Shown one piece after another: positions 13,855 to 27,452 of a DNA stretch of 64,000 bases (within the stretch, counting starts at the first letter, position 1; each line of letters begins with the position of its first letter). Origin of the DNA: Nitrosopumilaceae archaeon (lineage in GTDB: Archaea > Thermoproteota > Nitrososphaeria > Nitrososphaerales > Nitrosopumilaceae); assembly GCA_965207375.1 (NCBI GenBank), contig CBDBMG010000002.1, forward strand, positions 320,001 to 384,000, written 5' to 3'. The notes beneath the pieces are model-generated. The model worked only from the letters and a program-made list of their open reading frames with translations. It made no database searches and was not told where the DNA came from. The position numbers and the translations under genes were made by a program.

Positions 13855-14029
13855 CAGTGCTTGAAATATGGATTAGAAATTGGTTGGCCATTTATTGAAA
13901 GTAGGAACATATCATTGGATTCCCCATTGGAAATGTACAGTAAATTTGTCCTAGCATATCAGTTTTGGTTGGTCAAATCCTGAACTTGGTTGGAAAATGG
14001 CCGATGGCTGACTGCTATTTCAAGCTCTG
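13855..14029. mobile_element. hAT-type MITE
   Basis: cagtgcttgaaata / tatttcaagctctg termini. Confidence 0.55.
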
Positions 14030-14326
14030 TATATATATATTAGTTAAGTTTGGTTATCCTTATTTTTACTGCATGCTTATATGTAGGTTTGATAATAAAA
14101 TAGCTATGACTAGCTATGGCTATACGATGGAGCAATTTGATGATGATTGATAATAATAATAATAATAATGTAAAAAACAAAAAACTGAAGTAGCTACATC
14201 TACAATCCAGTTAGTTATTATTCAGATGACAATCAAATCAAAGCAATTCCATGATAGGCTGGACAAGGTCATCTTTATCTAAAGATTAATTATAACCGCT
14301 ACTTTATTAATTAAAAGAGAGTTGGG

Positions 14327-17300
14327 CTAGTCTACTGTTTTGAAATCTCCATCTGCTATGTCCTGATATAAATTGAAGTGACAGTGTTCTGTTTCACCAT
14401 CATAAACAAGTTCATGTGTTTTTACATTGGAATTATAACTTAACACTACACCCCTGAACCACTGATCTTCTCCAGAGTCTAATTTAAATCTATGGAGAAC
14501 TTCTTTTCCTACTAAAGCAAAAGGATCACTGATGGCTGATATTGATTTGTTGGTATCTTCAGACGATGGTGGATGGTCTTTAAGGAAATCTGTTAAATTT
14601 TGAATTATATCTGCAAGCGGTCTCTGCTTGCCTTTGTGAGATAATGTAATTTTGCTTTAGAAACTTTTTTCTGATGTTAATTTGCATCCGTAAGAGAGCA
14701 TATTTTTCTTTCTTTCTTTTAGAAGCTGTGGCATTCATGCACACGTCAATCTCTTTGAGGGCTTCCTTTAACTCTGTTGGAGTTTTGATGAGATGTTGGT
14801 GTGAAAGATATTCTTTTTCTTTGGCTTCTTTCTCCCTCATTGCAGTTCTTCTTAGGTAACATTGCTTCATGACCTTTTGTCTCTGTTCTCTTCTTTTTGT
14901 TTCTTCTGTGTAACACTGCTTTAGAACAGTTTGTTTATTTTTGATAGCCAATTGAGTGATGGTTTGCTTTGAGTGTGGTGAGAGCGCTTGATACCATTTC
15001 ATTGTTTTGTTTTTCTTCACTTGAGTCAAAGTTGATCTTGTTATTTGATGCATGTTAGGAATCGCAGTTGTCAGATAGTCATTCAAGCCTAAGATTGATT
15101 CACATACATCATTATTTGGTTTAAGGCTTTTCAAAATAGTTTCTATTGCAGAATCTGGATTCCAGTACTTTCCGCCAGGCAGGTGTGCTTTAGCATAATC
15201 AGCTAGCTTTTCCTCCATTTTTTTAGCACCACTTGCAAGGAGTGGACAAAGCAAACTTTCATTCCATTCATCTGGCTCAAACAGATGTGTATAAATTGGT
15301 TCATTCCTCTTCGTATCCGGTGATTTAAATTTTCATCTAAACTATAAAGCCGTTCTTCAGATAGAAACACCTTGCAGCTTTTGTTTAATGCTATCTTAGG
15401 ATCCTTTTGTATTGCCTGAAGAAAATGCTGTAGTTCTAAATAATGCTGCTTCATATCATATACTGACTTATTTAACTTGTTAGATTTTGCCAGCATTACA
15501 ATGTCTGCATAAACAAAATAGAACATAAGGGCATCAGCTTTCAGACGTGACAGTTCACCAGTAGTTTGTAATTTACTATATAACGTCTGCTCCAAGTTAT
15601 TTCCTTTGTCTTTTCCAGTGTATTCAAGAAATTCTAAGGCTGCTTTGGTAAGAAAGAATATTTTGCATGCATTGGATGCTGATATAAAATATCTACTACC
15701 AACTTGCCTATCCAACACCACATTTGAGCATAGCTGATAATAGTTAGTTGTTTGTTCTTCATTTTTTATTGCTAAAAAATCTGGAAATGCCAGACCACCA
15801 CAGCCATACTCGGGTGTGCCATATCTTCCAAATAATTTGCAAAATTCATGGATCAGGGTGTCTGTTAGATCATATTCCCTATGTGCATGTAACTCTAAAG
15901 TACTGTGATCTTTAGTACCCTCCAGAAATGCCTTTCGGAGATTACTGCCAAGATGCATTGCACAAAGATTCTCAACAAGCTCTACAGCCTCAGAGTTAGC
16001 TATACCTAAGTTAATTTGATCCTTTTTACGGCGTTCTTCTACTAATCGATTGAACCTCTTTTGTGCTGATGCAGAATCAGATGTCATTGAATTGAGCAGG
16101 GTCCAATTAATTTTTTCTGGGCTCTCTAACTTTAAGTCATATGCTATGTTGCGCAATTTCTCTAATTCAGTCTCTACCAATTCAACCATGCTATCAGCTG
16201 AACCATCAGGCACTTCATTAAGACATAACACCATTCCATTGACAGAAACTGCACCTATTTTCTTTTGACATTTTGTTGTTCCATCTGAGTTCAGATGAAG
16301 GGATTTGCCTTCAGAAATAGAGTAAGCTTTTTGAGCCATGCAAATTGTGTTCATCTCTTCTCTCCTCATATAACCTGCACATTTTTCCCGAGGTAGCTTT
16401 AGATCATTGGTATTCATTGTGGGAAAGAAGCAATTCAATACAGATTTGATAATACTTTCAATTTTTGCTGGTGGTATTTGATCTGCAAGCAGTTTATAAT
16501 ATAATTCTCGTACAGCCTGATTGTATACTGTACCATTTTTTGTGTCTATAACATTGTCGAATGTTGTCAATTGAGTATTGCTCATACTCGTACCTACCAT
16601 TGCAAGTTTTTTTGATTTCAAAGTTATGACTTCTTGCAAAAGTTCAGCATTTCCATTAATTAGAAGCTCCTCTGTATGCAGCATATCAGAAATTGTGGAT
16701 CGATGCATTTCATTAATATGGTGTATTTTTTGATATGCTCTGTCTCTTTCTCTTTGTAGAACATTTTTTTCATGAGAAATTTTCTTTAAATTCTCTTGTA
16801 TGCAAATTAATTCTGTTTTAATGCTCTCAACTTCTGTATTAGTATCACAATCATGATCTTGTATTTGATCTTCATACACATCTTGTTGCTCAGTGTGTGA
16901 ATGTGCAGTAATAGCATAGGGCATGAGTGCTGTGTTAGGCCTGTCTGAAGCCACCACTTTTTCAATAAACAAATATGTATTGTTTGGAGTACTTCCTCTT
17001 TCTTGTAACTGCTTGTCAATACTAATGTAAAATCTCCCAAGAGAAGCTTTGGTTGCTGAACGCGTTTGTTCCCATTCCTTCAAAAATGGATGTAACTTTC
17101 TGTAAAATTCCAAATTTGGAATTCCATGCAGTGACCATCTGCTAGGTATATCTCCATCAAAATTAGCTGCAGATTGCTGGGAACATAGAAATGTTTCACT
17201 TAAAATTTCTGATGTGAGACCATAGTGGTGTAGTTCTTCAGGAAACGACACGCACTCTGTGAATCAATGCATGTGTATGTTATATGTAATTCATGTTTAG

Positions 17301-17960
17301 TGCGCTACTTGCATGCATGTACTAACGAAACTAAGTGCATATATATTAGCTATATGCGTGCACATGCAATAGGCTCATTATAACAGCATCACTGAAGATT
17401 ACATTATACATAATTAAAAGTGTTAAAAATTGCTAGCTATAAAGCTATATGTTCACTATCAGTTACATTTTGAGTGACAATTGCATACATATAGCTATGT
17501 ATATATACAGTGCTATAAATAGGTATACCATAGCATATATAGCTAGCTAGCTACATAGCTATATAGTTAGTAATATTCAGCAAGCAGCTATATATTTGTT
17601 TAACGCCTATGCATCATAGCTAACTAGTTAACTGTTGTTATAGATACGTAGCTAAATAGCTAGCTACATAGCTATATTATTTGGATAGTTACCTTGACAT
17701 TTGATGGTAATATTTCTGATTCTGGGCTTTCACTCTCTCTTCAAGTATGATTTCTGTGCTGATCCTTTTATTTTCTTATTCTTGATAGGGGCAGCAATTC
17801 ACCTTGCTGTTTCTAAAAATCTACTAGGCCTTCCAATATAGATTAGTGGATAGCGTTGCTTGAATTGTTCATACACAAATTCTGCAGTAGACACTGTGTT
17901 GTCTGTTACTCTATCTGCCTTATTCAGTATCTCTATAATCTCTTGATACGTACAACTCAT
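14327..17960 (-). pseudogene. DDE transposase (hAT-like) with C-terminal Spin/Ssty Tudor domain; two exons, disabled
   Basis: Exon 1 17960-17693 (two in-frame TGA), GT-AG intron, exon 2 17256-14327 with frameshifts near 15300 and 14645; motifs LNSDGTT, MTSDSAS, CAMH, NNDVCES; C-terminus LVGKEVLHRF..W.RGVV..LVYD..LYQDIADGDF. Confidence 0.75.
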
Positions 17961-18489
17961 AGCAGCCGGCAACGATCTCGTTCTATTACATAATGATGTA
18001 GCTATATAGCTATTTAACTGGCTTGTATAGCTATAGTGTAACTATATATCTCTATATGCATGTATATAAATTATTGTTGCTAACTGTAATGTTATTTTGT
18101 TAAGGTAATAAGCTTATGTTGTGTACTTAATACATAAGTAATAAGTGGGATATTATAATTATTAAAGCTTTAAAAATAAAAGGGTTGGGGTGGTATTTAG
18201 CTATATTAAAAAAGATTTTAGGAACAATAGGTAAATTTTAGATAATAACTACGTAGGTAGAATTATAAGCATAATACGTATGCGCAGCCTTAGCTACCAT
18301 GTGCATATAATTATGTACATACTTCTATGTATATCATGTATGACATACCTACATAATTATTGCAATGACGTGTACAACAATGTTCTTGTTGTGTATGTAG
18401 GTATGCACCAAAAATGTGACAAAAACTCGGCTGCTGTGGCTGTGGGATTTACCCTATTTTCTGTAACATTTTAAGTCTCAGTTTTTGTT

Positions 18490-20190
18490 ATCAGTCAAGG
18501 AGAGATCTCTTCAAGTGAGGGGACAACTCAGGGTGATCTCCTTGCAATGTCAATGCCGGTAGCTATATGCATGCACTTGCTGCATGTCAGTGGTGTCTCT
18601 AATAAGACGGTTAATAAGCTCTACCATTCCTGCTGGCTTCTCAGGTATGGTTTGCTGACGATGCCACTGCAGTTGGATCTGCTTCTGCACTGTTGGAATG
18701 GTGGCACCATCTTGTTTCTATTGGCCCTACCTTTGGGTACAATTTCCCAATTCATCAAAGACTTTCCTGCATGCATGCCGGATTGTCACTGAAACCATGC
18801 AGAGCCAGCACCTTTCACAAGCTGAACTATATATACTTTTTGCTAACACTGATATAACCGGCTGTTACAGTACAGGGCCAATGGCATCTTGGTGCAGCTC
18901 TTGGTTCACGCTCTCTTGCTGAATAGTATGTTTCAAATAAAGTGACTCAGACTGGATTGGCGAGATATCAAGGCTGTCCAAGATTGCAAAATCCTGTCCA
19001 TGCACATGCTAGCTACCTAGTTACTGTGCTCTTACTCATGGCATAATTGCATAATCATTGGACATATAGCTATGTCCTGAGGATATATGTCCTGAGGATA
19101 TAGTGTCCTGAGGATATAGCTTCACTACTAACACCACTTGAGGATGCTATTCATTTGCATGCTCTTCCCTGTTGTCTTGGTGGGATGGGAATTAACTATT
19201 CCAACTGACATTGCTGATTCTCAATTTGATGCATCTGTTAGGGTTAGCTACAACCTCCCTGAAAAGCTTAAGTATGCATCAGTCATTGGCAGCTCCTCCA
19301 CTGCCGGATGTCCGGCTCTATCAAAGCTGGCATTCATAACATCGTGCTGCCAACAAGGCTAAGGCTCATTCAAGATGTTTATGTAAACCTATCCCAGCCT
19401 CTTAGGGCCATGGATTTAAATAGTGAGAAAGGCTCCTCTTCATGGTTGACAGTTCTCCCATTTTGTGACCATCAGGGTTTCCATCTGACTAATTCTGGGA
19501 TGCAATACATTATGGCTGGACATTGCCTTACACCCCTGGTCATTGTGTGCATGTGGTGTTTCCTTCTCCAGCTCCTGATTATGCTATGGCTTGTTGCCAT
19601 GGGGACTAGCTCTATCTCCTGAACTCTATCATCATACTCCCTTTTCTTCATCATCTCATGACATCTATATACACAGCAGAGATACCTGGAGTTACGGTAT
19701 AGCTTTGTGCATTAGGGTGAAAAAACCCTTACATCAAAAAGGCACTCTGCCTGCGACCCCAGAAACCGTGAACATGCATGTATCCACACGAGCATCATCA
19801 TTCTTGCTTCAGCTGGTTAGCAGTGGCTGAAACAATAATCTCTCCTGCATGTGCATGTGAGTGGTTGTACTGAAGGTTCAATAATAACATCTTGACATAC
19901 ACATCCAAGCCATTCAGCTCAGTGTGACTGAGATCTCAAGTTTATTATGACACACAAAATGGAGCCCGCTCATTTACTCCCCTGCTATACTGGTAGTGAA
20001 GCGGCTTTTTTCATTGGCTGGCAGATCTCCTAGCCATGCAGTAAGCATTGTTGGACATAGGTATATATAGCTACCACCTTGTCTTGGGTTCAATGTGTAC
20101 TTGCTTTTCTCCATTATGTGTATTCGGGGCAGCAGATCCATCTCCTTCAGGTGCTTCAGCTGAGATGAGCCTGGCCATGAGTCCCACTGC
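18490..20190 (+). mobile_element. Old decayed CRE-clade retrotransposon fragment
   Basis: Remnants SEGTTQGDLLAM, WFADD, HLGAALGS, AMDLNSEKGSSSWLTVLP. Confidence 0.7.
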
Positions 20191-20502
20191 TGTGTAAAAG
20201 TTATTATAACTGGTTGTTATAGCAAAATAAACTGACCATAAAAATTTTATGAGAAATTAAAACTTGTATTATAGACTACCTTGGTTACTAACTTACTATG
20301 TCCTTAGTTACTTGTCTTACTGGTTGAAACCAATAACAAATAGGTACTGGAGTACCATACAATACTTGTATATGCACTGTAGAGGCTTGTAGGAAAGGGA
20401 ACTATGAAGGAGGATATATATTATATTATATTGTATACATACCACTTCCTACTATTAAGTGCTATAATACTTAATGATATACACACACATATACGTACGT
20501 AC

Positions 20503-20846
20503 TAAGGCTCAAACAAATAGTTGAATATTCGGCTTAATATTCGTTTTACCATTATTCGTATTCAAAAATAGTTGACCAAATATTCGTTTACTGTTTATAG
20601 TGAGAACTGATTTTTGGGTACTTTGGTTTAAATGGATAGCACACTGTTAGTGTACATAATAATCAATGTTTAACGTCAAGATTTCAGAGTAATTTGCCTT
20701 CACTATAGACACTATGAGTGAGATAGGAGTCATAAATTGACTGAAAGTAGTATCATTTTACCACTTTTATATGTAAAAGAATATTCGGACTACTTGAAAA
20801 TTAAAGAATATTTGAATATCAAAATATACTATTCGTTTGAGCCCTA
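20503..20846. mobile_element. hAT-type MITE
   Basis: taaggctcaaacaaatag / ctattcgtttgagcccta; degenerate TSD gtacgtac/gtatgtat. Confidence 0.6.
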
Positions 20847-20879
20847 GTATGTATGTATGTACATACATACATACATACA

Positions 20880-20978
<99 letters not shown>

Positions 20979-22873
20979 CCTTCAGAATGGTTCCTTAATT
21001 CTTCAGAATCCTTTATAGTGATGTGTTGCACTAGTGTAACTTGTTTAGTTCCACTAGACTTCTACAATTAGTACTTTGTAGTAGACAGAAGTGGGAAGGC
21101 ATATTTTTTACCTGAGATAGTAACATGGTATCCTCAATCTGACAGGGATTATGATGACAACTCAAGTAAAGTGGTCACACTTCAAGGATGTCAGAAAGGA
21201 TTCTGTCTTTGTATCAATAAGGATGTTAAATTTCCTAAAAATTATATTAATTGGTAAAATTTAGTGGTTTAATGTAGTGCCAGCTACCCATGCATTAACA
21301 GAAAGAATATTGACTGCTAATGATATGCTGTCAAGTCCCCGTATATATCAATTTTTCTGGATTTGCCATAACTCGAAAGGACCTTCACCTGTACATATAA
21401 TATTTCATAGGAAATGTATCACACAGCGGCCTGATTTCCGGTAATCTAACTGGTCGATGTTTAGCCATATGCTAAAAGTTGATTGCAATTGACATGGTTG
21501 ACTAGTTGTGCAATGAAGTTCAATATTGTATCATCAGTTTTATGTATTTGTAGTGACTAAACTATACACATTCATTATACACTTTCGTTGTCTGATTACA
21601 ATATTACAACACTAATATATAACACTACAAATTATATGTGTAAGTTGTGCAGGAAGAGTGACGTGTTAATCATGTGGCTGTGGTGATATACTTATATGTA
21701 TCCTTACACCTTGTTTGTAGTTATGCAGTATCTCATTGGACAACATTAACTCCATGGCTTACATCAACCCTGATGTCAGTTAAGCACTCCTTTGAAATAT
21801 AGCAACCTTACAGCTTACCACAATGAAATAACCATTGCATGTCCATAAGTCACAGAACTGTATAGCAACAATGCAGTGCCATGTACTGCCAGTAATTTTT
21901 CAAAGAATTCTTATCCATGCATGGTAGCTATTCACATGCTCCCTACTACGTGTGTACATGTATAACTACAGCTTGACTAACAGATGCAGGGAGGTACGAC
22001 TTTTCCTCTTCTGAGAAATAAAATTGATGTTCAAGAATGTGCTGTTTAAGATTGGAGAGCTCTTTTCCCAGGAGCTATGTGGCTATAGTTGTACATGACA
22101 TGAATATACTTCATGCACCTTTCCCATTGTTTGTTGGTAGCGGCTTATGGTTAACAATCTTGCCATCATTTTCCTGGCATTTGACTAACCAAACCAAACT
22201 TTGACCAGACCAATCTCTCCAGTTACATTATCACTGAGGAAGCCAATAATATGCATATGTCGACAATAGGAAAACAATTGTCTGACTGATTGTCAATTGT
22301 AACCAGTGCAGTTCACAACTTGTTAGAAAGAGCTAATACCCATGTCATATACGTGGGAAGCTCTATCTATTACTTGGTGGGTGTTCTTTAACGGGTATCA
22401 TATGGAACAGTTTGGTAAGATTGTGATGCATATGCTAATCGGTGAACTGGCCGCATATTTAGTGTACATGCATGCACGTTTGCTACACTGTCACATTACA
22501 TGGCTAACTAAATGATTAAGTAGTTAATATGTTATTGTAGGACAAGTAGGCATCCCGTCCCACGTTAAGATACTCATCACATAATTATTTATAATGATGG
22601 CCGGACAATGCATTTGAAATCATTACCAGTTTAACTGCGGTACGTAACATCCTGGAATTTGTCAACACAAACACATTCCTTTGCTGTAAACGTATGCGTA
22701 GTTACTTTCTATTTACTGATGCAATGTTAATGTCGGCTAGACAATTCAGCTGTAGCCCCGCTATCTATAAACTAAGTAACCTATAATATATAGCTATATA
22801 TAGCTACATGCAGTCCTGACCATGTTATTGACAGAACTTATTCTTATACAGAAAGTGGTTATGCATATACATG

Positions 22874-24010
22874 TAGAGTGATTGATCGATTACTGACAGA
22901 TTCTTTACCCGGACGGCTGTAGCAAGCAACCAAGAAAACATACAACCTTGATTTTTGCACCATAGACACTTCTAACCTAGTCAAACTTTGAGTGAAAAAA
23001 TCAAGCTTATAGCGTGATGCACTTCGTGACAGCGATCGAAAACATGTGTCCGAAAAGACAATCGATAACCGGACAAAAATATCTATTTTACGGACACAAG
23101 CTTGTAAAGCACCTAAACAGTAACGGAATTCTGTGAAATTCTGCATTATAGTACATGCACTTATGATTAACTCTGATACAAAATTTCAAATATTTATCGC
23201 TTGTCTTTCACCAGCTACAGTCAATTAAACTTCGAAGGTATGAGAAAATCTATATCCGGACACCTTTTTAGTTTTATATATATTTATGGGATTTCAAGTG
23301 GTTATCTAGTATCCTATTGGGTCTATAGAACAGCTCCTTGGCTGTTCTATTTGGTCGGTGTTGTTTATATTATTTTCGAACACTTAACACGTTTCGCAGT
23401 GGAGTAGGCTGCACTGCGAAAACACTCGGCAAAAATAAAACACTTAACACGTTTCGCAGTGGAGTAGGCTGCACTGCGAAAACACTCGGCAAAAATAAAA
23501 GTGCTCGAAAATAATATAAACAACACCAACCAAAGAGAACAGCCAAGGAGCTGTTCTATAGGCCAAATAGGATACTAGATAACCACTTGAAATCCCATAA
23601 ATATATATAAAACTAAAAAGGTGTCCGGATATAGATTTTCTCATACCTTCGAAGTTTAATTGACTGTAGCTGGTGAAAGACAAGCGATAAATATTTGAAA
23701 TTTTGTATCAGAGTTAATCATAAGTGCATGTACTATAATGCAGAATTTCACAGAATTCCGTTACTCTTTAGGTGCTTTACAAGCTTGTGTCCGTAAAATA
23801 GATATTTTTGTCCTGTTATCGATTTTCTTTTCGGACACATGTTTTCGATCGCTGTCACGAAGTGCATCACGCTATAAGCTTGATTTTTTCACTCAAAGTT
23901 TGACTAGGTTAGAAGTGTCTATGGTGCAAAAATCAAGGTTGTATGTTTTCTTGGTTGCTTGCTACAGCCGTCCGGATAAAAATTCTGTTGGTAATCGATC
24001 AATCACTCTA
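22874..24010. mobile_element. 1.14-kb foldback element with ~510-bp arms
   Basis: Arms 22874-23385 and 23499-24010 are near-identical reverse complements (this explains the mirrored ORFs); loop is two exact 60-bp tandem units; TAGAG terminus. Confidence 0.9.
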
Positions 24011-25324
24011 TATCTATAATTATATAACCTAAATATTTTCATAAAGACTCACCCGCAATATCAAACAGTAGCTATATCGCGCAATCAGTTTTCAAATTTA
24101 ACTTGCGTAAACAATTACGTGTTGTCATAACTACTGGCACGTGATGTTCAGGGAAATGTTTGAGAAAATATTCGTTCAGTTTGTTATCATGATTTTATTT
24201 ATACCCTGAATAGGTAGGCAGCTATTCGGCAAGGTCAGTTACTAGCTACCTATATAACATAATAGCCGTTTACGTATATAGAAACTCGTACGCTCTGGGA
24301 GGTGATTTCTGGCTAGAAATCAGAAATCAAACATTAGAATTTAGTATTACTTCGTATTATTCCGTAAACTGTCATATTTTGAAATATTTAAGGCAATTCC
24401 CACGCAATTAATTGATTTCTGGGACTTGGAAATCACAGAAATCAAGTTTGAAATCAGAAATCAGTTGGAAATCAAGTTGATTTCGAAATCTCGTACACGA
24501 TTTGAGCTAGTGTCGGACCCCTCGGTAATAACCAGTAGTGTGATGCTGTAAGCCTGTAACATTACTAAAGAAATCTAAGCCGGGAGCTATTGCCTGGGGG
24601 ATCGTTAACCTCCTTCTAAACTTTATATTACTCAGTTCTTATAGTTAATTTCAGTCCTGGCTATAAGCTTAAAGTAGCACTGAACATATATAGCCTATAT
24701 AGTTGAAAATTTCAATACGCTATCTGGAAACAGCAGTAAACTTTGCTATGCGTGGCCACGAACTATCAACTATGCACGTATACCAATGTTTTATATAGCT
24801 GTTTGGCTAAATTGATTGATAATAAAAAGATGGAAGGGCCAAAAAGTCGATTTTGATGGAATTTTGAATAAAATCGAGTTCGCCCAGATGGCAAACAAAT
24901 TGCGAATTTAATAATTCTGCATATGATAAAAGCTTAACCCTTACTAGTCATGTCTGAGCTAGTAAGGTTTTGCTGCCTTCATTTGTTTGTGCTCCAGAGG
25001 TGAAAAGGTTAAAATAAATTCCGAAATTTCGATTAAATCATGCAATCGCTGAAATTTAACCAATGTATTGTTACTACAAATGGCTTTAGATCAGAGTAAA
25101 CTTACTAATAAAGGTTGAGAATAAATAGCACGGTATCCAGGATGCTTTCAGAAAAGTTACAGCGTTTTATCACGTGATTTGCATATACAACGGCATAGTT
25201 CAGGTATAAGAAATTAATGGAAATTGGCGCCAATCCAGTGTTTTCTATTTGGCACCAAGCTTGATATGTGGAGAAGGTTTGCTAGTTAATTCTCGAAAGT
25301 CGATTTTTCACATTGCGGACCCTA

Positions 25325-25590
25325 TCTTATCCAGCTCCGCCCGAAGATAGCACTGAGTCAAAGGGGAGGCAGCATAGGAGGAGGCAAAAGGGTTAAACAC
25401 CTTAATATCAAAGTAAGCCTGCCGCCTATCCCGGCCCCAGAAACTCTCTGCACGAACATCCAGGCGAGCACCATCCTCGACGTTAGCTGATCGGTAATGA
25501 AACTGCTCCCCAGACAGTGGTTGTAAGGAAGGTTCAATGCCCACGTTGTGACAAACTTCACATAAAAAGCCAGCTGTAATGTCACGTAAT
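25325..25590 (-). mobile_element. CRE-clade retrotransposon (proximal part of the minus copy)
   Basis: Reverse complement of 26155-26420; ARLDVRAESFWG..AYFDIKV endonuclease motif. Confidence 0.85.
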
Positions 25591-25618
25591 GTCGACGATG
25601 CCGCCAGTTGTAATGTCG

Positions 25619-26812
25619 CTGGCTTGACTGGTCAGTGTACATTTAGTGATGCAGAACGAGATTTGTTGGCTCTTCCTCCCAGACTTGGTGGTTTGGGCAT
25701 TATCAATCCTGCTAGTTACTCTTCCTTTCAGTTTTCATCATCAGTTAGCATAACGGCACCGCTGCATGGTGGAACAAATTTTGCAGCAATCTACTACCTG
25801 TTCTGCTGATGTTTTGTCATCTCAGTTTGCTGCTAAACAACAGGTAATCAATAATCGTAGTCAATTCCTGTCGGATATATATGATTCATTGTTGAGTAGT
25901 CTGCCTTCAAAGCTTCAACGCTCCATTCTGCATGCTCTCCAGTGAGGAAGGCTCCTCGAGCTGGCTTACTGTTTTACCCTTAGCTGATCAAGGTTTTGCC
26001 CTACACAAGGGTGCATTTCACGATGCCCTTTGCCTTCGCTATGGTTGGCAGCCTCAATTGCTCGGCCATCTCATTGTACTTGTGGAAAGACTATGTCCAT
26101 TGAACATGCCCTGAGTTGTCCTTTTGGAGGTTTTCTCTCAATTCGACATAATGAATTACGTGACATTACAGCTGGCTTTTTATGTGAAGTTTGTCACAAC
26201 GTGGGCATTGAACCTTCCTTACAACCACTGTCTGGGGAGCAGTTTCATTACCGATCAGCTAACGTCGAGGATGGTGCTCGCCTGGATGTTCGTGCAGAGA
26301 GTTTCTGGGGCCGGGATAGGCGGCAGGCTTACTTTGATATTAAGGTGGTTAACCCTTTTGCCTCCTCCTATGCTGCCTCCCCTTTGACTCAGTGCTATCG
26401 TCGGGCGGAGCTGGATAAGAGAAGGAAATATGATTAACGGATTCGGGAGGTTGAGAGAGGAACCTTTTCTCCATTGATTTTTTCCTCATCAGGTGGAATG
26501 GGCCCTACAGCCAGGGTTGTTTATAAACGCATTGCTACTTTGATTTCGGAGAAGAGGGGTCATCCTTACAGTCAGGTGCTACATTGGATTAGAATCAAGC
26601 TGTGCTTTTCTTTGCTTCGTTCAGCAGTGATGTGTTTGAGGGGGTCAAGATCAAGCCATCACAGGCACAATTTGAATGATCCGGCAATTGATCTGGCTTG
26701 TTCAGAAAGCCGTGTCGGACCAGAATGACTGTTTTCTGGCTATATTATATTTGGATGTAATTGTCATCATACTGTAGTGTTTTGTTACACAAAATATTTT
26801 ATTTAAAAAAAA
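25619..26812 (+). mobile_element. 5'-truncated CRE-clade non-LTR retrotransposon with restriction-like endonuclease
   Basis: LPPRLGGLG, SSWLTVLP, CTCG..HALSC zinc knuckle, RHNELRD, RLDV..FDIKV, KRRKY, GGMG; A-tail near 26805-26812; frameshifts and a TAA at 26435. Confidence 0.88.
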
Positions 26813-26869
26813 CTTTAGATGCGCTACGCATTACGTACGCACTCGCGTAAACCTACTTGAAAGGACAGT

Positions 26870-27452
26870 GAGCGGATATGGTGTATAAACTATGCATGTA
26901 GCAATATTTTGTGGAGCTATTTGGCCTTTTTATTGGTAGTGATCCACAGTATCGAGATTAAGGAGCTGGATATCAGTGATTTTGGTGGAATTTTTGGTAG
27001 AATCGCGAATGCCCAGATGGCAAACAATCTTCAAATTTAATAATATTGCCTGTCGTAAAAGTTTAACTGTTACCAATCATGTTTGAGCTAGTAAGGTTTT
27101 GCTATATTCAATACTTTGTGATCCAGAGGTAAAAATGTAAAAAAGTTTCCAATTTTTCGTCGGGATTGTGCGATCGCTGGAAATTAACCATCACAATGTT
27201 ACCACAAATGGCTTGAAAGCAGGGTAAACTTACTAATGAAGGTTGAGAGCAAGTATCGCGACAATTGCAACAGTTTTGGAAAATTCGCTACGCTTTATCA
27301 CTCGATTTGCAGATATTTCGGCAAGTTTCCACTACAAGGAGTTAATAGAAATTGGCGCCAATCTGGCTTTTTCTATTTGGCACCTAGCCTAACATTGGGA
27401 GGATGTTTGCTAGTTAATCCTTGAAGGTCGATTTTTCACATTGCGGACCCTA
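26870..27452. mobile_element. Orphan terminus of a second copy of the 10873-25324 transposon family
   Basis: 26985-27452 is roughly 95% identical to the reverse complement of 10873-11340 and ends cattgcggacccta. Confidence 0.85.

Noticed and set aside
22859-24019. Four mirrored ORFs as duplicated genes
   Set aside because: Artefact of the palindrome; no protein motifs.
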